Shown here: piece after piece, positions 57,427 to 64,000 of the stretch
Layout of the letters: each line of letters opens with the position of its first letter
Numbering within the stretch: the first letter of the stretch is position 1
DNA from: Terriglobia bacterium
GTDB taxonomy: Bacteria > Acidobacteriota > Polarisedimenticolia > Polarisedimenticolales > JAIQFR01
Reading direction: 5' to 3'
DNA: 64,000 nt
NCBI GenBank assembly: GCA_963748015.1
Contig: CAVVHE010000004.1
Span: forward strand, 1,536,001 to 1,600,000
The notes under the pieces: model-generated
What the model was told of the DNA's origin: nothing
Database searches by the model: none
Seen by the model: only the letters and a program-made list of their open reading frames with translations
Made by a program: the position numbers and the translations under genes

Positions 57427-58355
57427 GGCGCGTCCCCCTCGATCGCCCGCAGGAAATCGGGCGGGAGCGGCGAGGCGACCTCGCGCTCTCCCCCGCCCGG
57501 AACCGGGAAGACGAGACGCGCGCAGTGCAGGAGCTGCCGCCGCGGCCCACCGTCCTCGCGCCGCGCGTCCCGCACCCCCTTCACCATGTCGAGGTAGTCC
57601 TGGTCCGGACGGCCGTAGAGGATGTCGCCCAGGATGGGATGACCGATCGCCGCGAGGTGCACGCGGAGCTGGTGCCGCCGTCCGGTGGCCGGGAAGAGAC
57701 GGAGCAGGGCGCGATCCCCGAGCCGGCGCTCGACGCGCCACGCCGTGACCGAGGGCTGCCCGGTCTCGCCGGCCTCGCGGCGCACGTAGACGCGAGAGCC
57801 GCGAGCGTCGGCGATCGGGAGGGCGATCGTCCCCTCGTCCTCCGCGGGCTCGCCGCGCACCAGCGCGAGGTACTCCTTCTTCACCCACCCGCGCTCGAAC
57901 GCGGTCGAAATCAGCCCCGCGGTCGCCGGGTCCGCGGCGACGAGGAGCACGCCGCTCGTCTCGCGGTCGAGCCGGTGGACGAGCCTCAGCGTCTCCATTC
58001 CCTCCTGCCGCCTCAGCAGGCGGATCAGGCTGTTCTCCCGTACCGTGTTGACGGGGTGCACCGGGATCCCCGCCGGCTTGTCCACGGCGATCCATCCCTC
58101 GCCGCGCTCGAGCACCGGGAGGACCAGCTCGAGCGGCGTCTCCACGATCGGCGTCCAGCCGATGATCACCTTCCCACCGGGGCGCACCGGCGTCGACGGC
58201 CTCGGCGCGACCCCCCACGAGAGCGTCACGCGCTCGCGGATCGCCCGCTGCACGTGGGAGCGAGAGACTCTCGGGATCCTCTCGTTGAGGAAGCGGTCGA
58301 GCCTCTTGCCCCGGTCGCGCTCTCCGATCTCGAACACCGTCGCCGGTTCGCTCAA
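57423..58355 (-). CDS. RluA-family pseudouridine synthase (S4-like N-terminus)
   Basis: RLDRFL, DKPAG, HRLDRETSG, TGRRHQLRVH, GDILYG. Confidence 0.93.
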   Translation of the reverse strand: MSEPATVFEIGERDRGKRLDRFLNERIPRVSRSHVQRAIRERVTLSWGVAPRPSTPVRPGGKVIIGWTPIVETPLELVLPVLERGEGWIAVDKPAGIPVHPVNTVRENSLIRLLRRQEGMETLRLVHRLDRETSGVLLVAADPATAGLISTAFERGWVKKEYLALVRGEPAEDEGTIALPIADARGSRVYVRREAGETGQPSVTAWRVERRLGDRALLRLFPATGRRHQLRVHLAAIGHPILGDILYGRPDQDYLDMVKGVRDARREDGGPRRQLLHCARLVFPVPGGGEREVASPLPPDFLRAIEGDAP

Positions 58356-58759
58356 GGCGCCCGCCACGCGAGCGCGCGAAGGATCGTCGCGTTCGCCTCG
58401 GGCATCTCGCGCGCGTCGAGCGCTCCCCGCTCGACCCAGGCCCACTCCCGCCCGCCGCTCACGGCGGCCTCTCCCTCCGCCTGCCGGACCAGGAACGCAT
58501 GGAGCCGCACCGTCCGGTCGGGATAGTCGTGGACGACGACCACGAGCGGCTCGGCCGCGAGCCCCGCGAGGCCGGTCTCCTCGCGCAGCTCCCGCAGCGC
58601 CGCCGCCGCCGGCGCCTCCCCCTCCTCGACCTTGCCGCCGGGGAACTCCCACAACCCGCCGAGGTGAACACCCGGCTCGCGCCGCGCCACCAGCACCCGC
58701 CCCTCGCGGAGCACGACCGCCACCGCGGCCTCGACTGTCGGTAACGCGCTTCGGGTCAT
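58352..58759 (-). CDS. mutT: MutT/NUDIX pyrophosphohydrolase
   Basis: HLGGLWEFPGGKVE..E..AALRELREETG; HDYPD; MPEAN. Confidence 0.88.
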   Translation of the reverse strand: MTRSALPTVEAAVAVVLREGRVLVARREPGVHLGGLWEFPGGKVEEGEAPAAAALRELREETGLAGLAAEPLVVVVHDYPDRTVRLHAFLVRQAEGEAAVSGGREWAWVERGALDAREMPEANATILRALAWRAP

Positions 58760-58789
58760 CGTCCGCCACCCAGTTCCGTGAGAGCCACA

Positions 58790-58953
58790 GCCGGGAGCCC
58801 GCGGTCGAGTGCGACCCTCGGCGGCCCTGTTTTCGCGCGGCCGTTTCTTCCTCGAACGGCCGCGCGAAAACCGGAGCCAGGCGGCGCGGCGACGATCGCC
58901 GCGCAACGCCGCCGCGTGCCGCGGAGGGTCGCACTCGACCGCGGGCTCCCGGC
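58790..58953 (+). repeat. Structured intergenic element, copy C (30-bp perfect outer stem, two inner hairpins)
   Basis: 58790-58819 = reverse complement of 58924-58953; core nearly matches copy A. Confidence 0.9.
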
Positions 58954-59049
58954 CGTCGAATGTCGCCACCGCATTCGAGTCGGTCATCCCGGAACGCGGT
59001 TTCGCGGTCCGGTCGACGTCAATCTCGAGCGCCGCCCCGAGGCGTGAGG

Positions 59050-60300
59050 TCAGGCGCCGCGCCGGAAGACGCAGGAGACCACGGTGCGGTCGTCCCCGCC
59101 CATGCTCACCATGATGCCGTACGGCTTGCCGGCCGGGATCTCGACCTGGCAGTCGCCGGCGGTGCCGGTGAGCTGGCGGAGCAGGTCCACGGCCATGCGG
59201 ACGCCGGAGGCGCCCGTGGGGTGCCCGTAGCCGATCAGCCCGCCCGAGGTGTTCATCGGGGTCGGCCCGTCGCGGCGGGTGTTCCCGGCGGCGACGTAGT
59301 CGGCCCCCTCGCCGTGGCCGGCGAGGCCGAGGGCCTCGCACGCGAGGATCCCGGTGACCGTGAAGCAGTCGTGGACCTCGAACACGCCGACGTCCTTGAT
59401 CGTGATGCCGGCCATCGCGAGCGCCTGTCCGGCCGCGCGCCGCGTCGTCTCGAGTGCCGTGAGATCGTCGGGGCGGGCTGTCAGGTCCGCCACGGCGTGG
59501 CCGAGCCCGACGAGCTGCACGGCGTCGGCGCGCTTCTTCCCCGTCTTCGCGAGCCCCTCTTCCGAGACCGCCAGCACGGCGGCGGCGCCGTCGGAGACCT
59601 TCGAGCAGTCGAGGACGTTGATGTGCTCGCAGAACGCCTTCGGGTTCGGAAGCATGGCCTGGTGGGCGGCGAAGAGATCCGGGGTCGCGTTCTGGTATTC
59701 CTGCGCCTTCGGGTTCTTCCTCGCGTTCAGCATCGCCTGCTCGTACCACCGCCCCATCGCGGCCCAGGTCTTCTCGGTGCCGAAGCGCTTCTTGTACTCG
59801 CCGGCCCGGTCCGAGAACTTCGCGGGGAAGAAGTACGCGTGGCCGTTCTTCCGCTCGGCGGCGTAGTGCCCCGCCCCGGCGAGGATGTCGGCGCCGTAGA
59901 TCGCCTTGACCGTGTTCTGCACCTCGACGCCGATCGCGAGGGAGACGTCCGCCTGCCCCGAGAGGACGCTCTTCACCGCGGTGACCACGGCGAGGCCGCC
60001 CGACGCGCAGGCTCCCTCGACGCGGATCGAGGGCTTGTAGGCGAACGACGGGTGGACGAGGGACAGCATGGCTCCCAGGTGCCCCTGGTGGTTGAAGCGC
60101 GCCGCCATGAAGTTGCCGACGACACCCTCGTCCACGACGGACGGGTCGGCGGCCTGGGCGACCGCACCCTTGCCCGCCTCGGCGATGTAGTGCTCGAGGC
60201 CGGGTCGCGGCTTCTTCGGGTGGAACTCCTTCCGCCCGGTGCCGAGGAAGACCGTGTAATCGCCGCAGACGAGGTAGACCGGCTTGTGGAACGCTTTCAT
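59050..60300 (-). CDS. Thiolase (SCP2-type acetyl-CoA acyltransferase)
   Basis: RVEGACASGG, EVHDCF, GHPTGASG. Confidence 0.92.
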   Translation of the reverse strand: MKAFHKPVYLVCGDYTVFLGTGRKEFHPKKPRPGLEHYIAEAGKGAVAQAADPSVVDEGVVGNFMAARFNHQGHLGAMLSLVHPSFAYKPSIRVEGACASGGLAVVTAVKSVLSGQADVSLAIGVEVQNTVKAIYGADILAGAGHYAAERKNGHAYFFPAKFSDRAGEYKKRFGTEKTWAAMGRWYEQAMLNARKNPKAQEYQNATPDLFAAHQAMLPNPKAFCEHINVLDCSKVSDGAAAVLAVSEEGLAKTGKKRADAVQLVGLGHAVADLTARPDDLTALETTRRAAGQALAMAGITIKDVGVFEVHDCFTVTGILACEALGLAGHGEGADYVAAGNTRRDGPTPMNTSGGLIGYGHPTGASGVRMAVDLLRQLTGTAGDCQVEIPAGKPYGIMVSMGGDDRTVVSCVFRRGA

Positions 60301-60324
60301 CGGCTTGTCCTCCCGCCGAAAGGC

Positions 60325-61672
60325 TCACGCGCAGAAATCGTTGATCGGACCGTACAGGTGGTAGAAGCCGCTCGTGAGGACGCCGTTGACGTCCTCCGGC
60401 TTCGCGGCCACGCCGCCGCTCGACGAGACCCTTCGCGATGTCGCGAGAGCGGCGCACGTAGGCGCGAGCGAGCTCGGCCCCCGGGGTGCTCATCTTGTCG
60501 AGCGCCGCGAAGTGGGCCTTCAGCGCCGCGTCCTTGTCGGGGGCGCCCGAGAGCGCCTTCCACGGCCGGAACCCGTCGGGAAGCGCGCCGAGAGCGGCGT
60601 CCGCCTCGGCCGTCCACCCCTTGGGGTCGATCGCGACGTAGGCGCCCTTCTCGAGGTCGTACACCGACGCGACGCGCCCCTTCTCGTAGGTGAAGAACCC
60701 GGGCTTCTGCGAGCCGTCCGGGTTCTGGCCGCCGAGCACCTTGCGCGAGATCATCGCGTCGATGGTCGGGTCCTGCAGCTTCTCCTCGAGGTACCGGTCC
60801 ATCACGTCCTGGATGAACTTGAAGACGTCGATCCCGACGTAATCGATCAGCTGGAGGATCCCCATGGGGCGGACCAGCCAGTCCTGGCTGACCCGGTTGA
60901 CCATGTAGGCCGCCTTGACCCACCCGTGGGTCTTCGCGAGGCGCGCCACCTCGGCGAGGCCGTGCATCCCGTCCCGGATGAAGTGGCCGTTCCCGATGAA
61001 CCCCGCCACGTCGTGCGACGGGATCAGCGTCTTGCGGAGGCGCTTGCCGAGCTCGGCCGCGGCAGCCGCGACGTCGTCCCGCGTCCCCGGGCCGCGGATG
61101 ATCTCGACGAGCTTCTGCACCGGCGGCGGGTTGTAGAAGTGGTAGCCGATGATCCGCCCGTCGAGCCCCGCGTCCTTGTCCAGGAGGCCGATCGGCACCG
61201 AGGAGGTGTTGGTGAGGAAGAACGCGTCGGGGGCGCAGGAGGCCTTGAGCTGCTTGAACACCTCGATCTTGACCGGGAGCTTCTCGACGATCGCCTCGAA
61301 GACGAGGTGCGAGCCCTTCGCGGCGTCAAGGTCGGTGCTCGGCCAGACGACCGAGTCCATCCGGTGGACGAAGTCCTCGATGATCTCGCTGTTCTCGACG
61401 AGGTCCTTGCGGTCGGCGTAGAGCCCTCGGAGCGAGACCGCGCTCTTCTCCGCCGCCTTCACCGCCTGGACGTGGATGTACTCGCGGAGGCCCGCGAGCC
61501 CCTCCGGGCTCAGGTCCACGGCGTTCAGCCGGAAGGTCTTTCCCTTGTTCTCGGGCAGGAGCGACAGCCGGGCCATCTCCTGCGCGAGCAGCAGCGTGAT
61601 GCCGCTCCCCATCTTCCCGGCGGCTCCGATCACGGAGACCAGGGACAGTCGTTCGTCGAGATTCGTCGTCAT
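60325..61672 (-). CDS. 3-hydroxyacyl-CoA dehydrogenase family protein; indel near 60415
   Basis: GAAGKMG, FEAIVE..K, TNTSS, GYHFYNP, GFIGN, PMG..DYVG; C-terminal GVAAKPEDVNGVL in a second frame. Confidence 0.88.
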
Positions 61673-61802
61673 GATGGCCCCTCCGGAAGCCGGCGCACCG
61701 CCCGAAACGATCGTTCGCTGGATGAAGGCGAATTCTCGCACGGCGGGGACCCGGCGGGCAAGACGCTCGCCCCTGGCGGGGATCCGAGACTCCGAGCCGG
61801 CC

Positions 61803-64000
61803 CTACGGACAGACGATCGTCCTCTCCGCGCCGGAGGAATCCTGCCCCCAGCTGCCCATGTACGGAATCATCGCGCGGACCAGGTAGTGGAAGATCGTTC
61901 CGGCGCCCGGATCCTGGGTCTCCGTCCAGCACGTGACGTCGGCCAACCAGGTCGTGCAGCCGACATGGAATTCCGCATCTTCCGCCCTCGCCACCTCGTA
62001 AGACGAGGCCCAACCCTGCGGAGGCCAGCAGAAAGTGTTCTTTCCCCCGGGGAGGGTAAAGCCCGCCGCACCCGAAACTTCGTCGATCACCCCGAAGCCG
62101 GGATCGCCCGCGCACTGGTTGTCCAGCCCGTCGTTGACCTCTTGCGCTCCGGGATAGGTCGCCGCCTGGTAGTCGTTGCAGTCGTGGCATTCGTTGAACC
62201 CGTCCCCGTCCCCGTCGTCGCAGCAAGCGATTCGCGCGCCGAACACGGCGTTCGAGCCGGGCCTCGCGTCCACGACGGCGAGGCCGAAAGCGGATCCCGT
62301 CCACTGGAGTGAAGGCGTCTGCGTGAGCGCGGGGTCGCTCGTGACGCGCACCTCCGCGGACACCAGGGTTCCGTCGGCGCCGATGCGCTGGAAATAGACC
62401 TCGGAGTTCCCGTCTTTCGTGTCGATCCAAGCGATCCCGAACTCGCTCCCCGTCCACGCGGCGGAGTAGAGCGGCAGCGTGCCGGTCACCCGCATGAGCG
62501 GAACGTCGCTGCCGATCTTCGTCCCGTCGGACGCGAGCCTCGCGTAGAAAATCTGTTGGTACCCGAAGTGGTTGTCGATCCAGAAGAGCCCGTACCCGTC
62601 CCCGCGCCAGACGATCGACGGCGATCGCGAGGTTCCCGCGAGGTACGTCGCGCGCTGCTCCGGACCCAGCGGCAGTCCCGCCGCGTCGAGCCGGACGACG
62701 TAGATCTCCCAGTCTCCCGTGCGGGCGTCGTTGTAGGTGACCCCGTACTCGGAGCCGGTCCACACCACCCCGCAAGGGTTCGAAGCGTACGGGGGTGCGG
62801 TGACGGAACGGGGTGTCCCGAGTACGTTCCCGCTCGCGTCGATCGTGCGGAAGTAGTTTTCCCACGATCCGTCGCGGTTGTCGTTCCAGAACAGCCCGAA
62901 CTCCCGTCCGTCCCAGAGGAGCCGCGGCGTGCGCGAGGTCGCCGTGTCCGTCGCGGCGACCGCACTGTCGGTGCCGATCTTTCCGCCGGCCGAGTCGATG
63001 CGAACGAAGAAGACCCGCGTGTTCCCGTCGCGGGCGTCCTCCCAAGCGATGCCGTAGTCGCGGCCCGTCCAGACGATCCAGGGGGAATCCGAGACCCCCG
63101 GCGCGTTGGTCACCCGCAAGTCCGTGCCGATCTTGTTCATCGAGGCGTCGAGCAGGGCGAAGTAGATCTCGCTGTTGCCGTCACGTTGGTCGGACCAGGC
63201 GAGGCCGTAGCCGTTCCCGTTCCAGGCCAGGCGGCCGCTCGCCGCACCGGCAGCGCCGGGCGCGAGGTTGACCTCGGCGGCCACCTTCTCGGGGTTGTCG
63301 CAGGCGCCGTCGCAACCCTCGTCCACCTGGCCGTCGCAGTCGTCGTCCTTGCCGTTGCAGGTTTCCGTCGCGTCGGGGGAGATGAGGGGGTCCGCGTCGT
63401 TGCAGTCCTGGGGCGGGAAGATGCCGTCGTTGTCGCCGTCGGCGATCAGCTCGGCGCAGTCCGCCACCCCGTCGCCGTCGAGATCGGCGCAGTTGGTCGT
63501 GCAGCTCGAAGTCGAGTCATCGCAGTCGACACCGCAGATCAGGCCATCGCCGTCCGCGTCGAAGACGTCGGGGGTCGCCGGGTTGCAGTCGTTGTCCAGG
63601 CCGTCGCAGCCGATTTCCGGAAGCCCGGGATTCACCGCGGCCCGCGTGTCGTCGCAGTCCGTGCCGTTCGCCACCCAGCCCGCCGGCGCCGCGCACGCGG
63701 CGATCGTGCCCGCGGGCGCGCCGTAGGTGTCGCCGTCGGCGTCGGAATGCCAGGTCGGGGCGTCGAGCGCCTCTTCGTCAGCGGCCCCGTCGCAGTCGTT
63801 GTCCTCGCCATCGCACACCTCGGCCGACGGCGCCCCCGGCGTCGCACCGCAGCGCGTCCCGTCCGCCGTGCCATCGCTGCGCCACAGCTCGGTCCCGTTC
63901 GTGCCCTCGTACGCGGCGAAATACACGAGGCCTCGGAAGACGGCCAGCGATTGGGGGTAGGAGTGCCCCTGGGGGTTGATGTCGCGCACCAGCGCGGTGC
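61803..64000 (-). CDS. Large surface protein (5'-partial): ELWxxDGT repeat, MopE-like CDGxDNDCDG repeats, beta-propeller-like repeats, C-terminal domain
   Basis: ELWRSDGT; EVCDGEDNDCDG, ETCNGKDDDCDG; repeated WxGxxYGxAWxDxRDGNxEIYF. Confidence 0.88.
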   Translation of the reverse strand, partial: TALVRDINPQGHSYPQSLAVFRGLVYFAAYEGTNGTELWRSDGTADGTRCGATPGAPSAEVCDGEDNDCDGAADEEALDAPTWHSDADGDTYGAPAGTIAACAAPAGWVANGTDCDDTRAAVNPGLPEIGCDGLDNDCNPATPDVFDADGDGLICGVDCDDSTSSCTTNCADLDGDGVADCAELIADGDNDGIFPPQDCNDADPLISPDATETCNGKDDDCDGQVDEGCDGACDNPEKVAAEVNLAPGAAGAASGRLAWNGNGYGLAWSDQRDGNSEIYFALLDASMNKIGTDLRVTNAPGVSDSPWIVWTGRDYGIAWEDARDGNTRVFFVRIDSAGGKIGTDSAVAATDTATSRTPRLLWDGREFGLFWNDNRDGSWENYFRTIDASGNVLGTPRSVTAPPYASNPCGVVWTGSEYGVTYNDARTGDWEIYVVRLDAAGLPLGPEQRATYLAGTSRSPSIVWRGDGYGLFWIDNHFGYQQIFYARLASDGTKIGSDVPLMRVTGTLPLYSAAWTGSEFGIAWIDTKDGNSEVYFQRIGADGTLVSAEVRVTSDPALTQTPSLQWTGSAFGLAVVDARPGSNAVFGARIACCDDGDGDGFNECHDCNDYQAATYPGAQEVNDGLDNQCAGDPGFGVIDEVSGAAGFTLPGGKNTFCWPPQGWASSYEVARAEDAEFHVGCTTWLADVTCWTETQDPGAGTIFHYLVRAMIPYMGSWGQDSSGAERTIVCP

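Noticed and set aside
58352..61741. 1129-aa dehydrogenase-MutT fusion ORF
   Set aside because: Frameshift near 60415 reads through the thiolase gene out of frame

Overview
High-GC (roughly 70% by eye) bacterial chromosomal window. The gene content (GWxTD protein, Oar-like TonB-dependent receptors, carboxypeptidase-regulatory-like domains, an ELWxxDGT/MopE-motif surface protein) suggests Acidobacteriota, but that is an inference. Most of the window is housekeeping: rarA, an lpdA-E2-lipB-lipA cluster, tRNA-Gly(GCC), cysS, yraN, purD/purE, mtaB, HU, an RluA-family enzyme, mutT and fatty-acid beta-oxidation genes. It also holds a sigma54 two-component/TonB receptor locus and orphan nuoB and nuoI genes. 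A decayed accessory patch at about 8.0-13.97 kb contains a MITE, an IS remnant, pseudogene fragments and a glycoside hydrolase bracketed by a 175-bp duplication of the nuoI 3' end. Best candidates for something new: (1) a helical lipoprotein ending in Lys, encoded with three YkuD/L,D-transpeptidase-fold genes, possibly a non-homologous Braun-lipoprotein-like envelope tethering system; (2) a family of ~160-nt intergenic three-way-junction elements (three copies) with perfect but divergent outer stems and conserved junction motifs; (3) the integrase-less islet at the nuoI 3' end. Several small indels split or fuse conserved genes, which points to long-read assembly errors, so frameshift-based calls are tentative.
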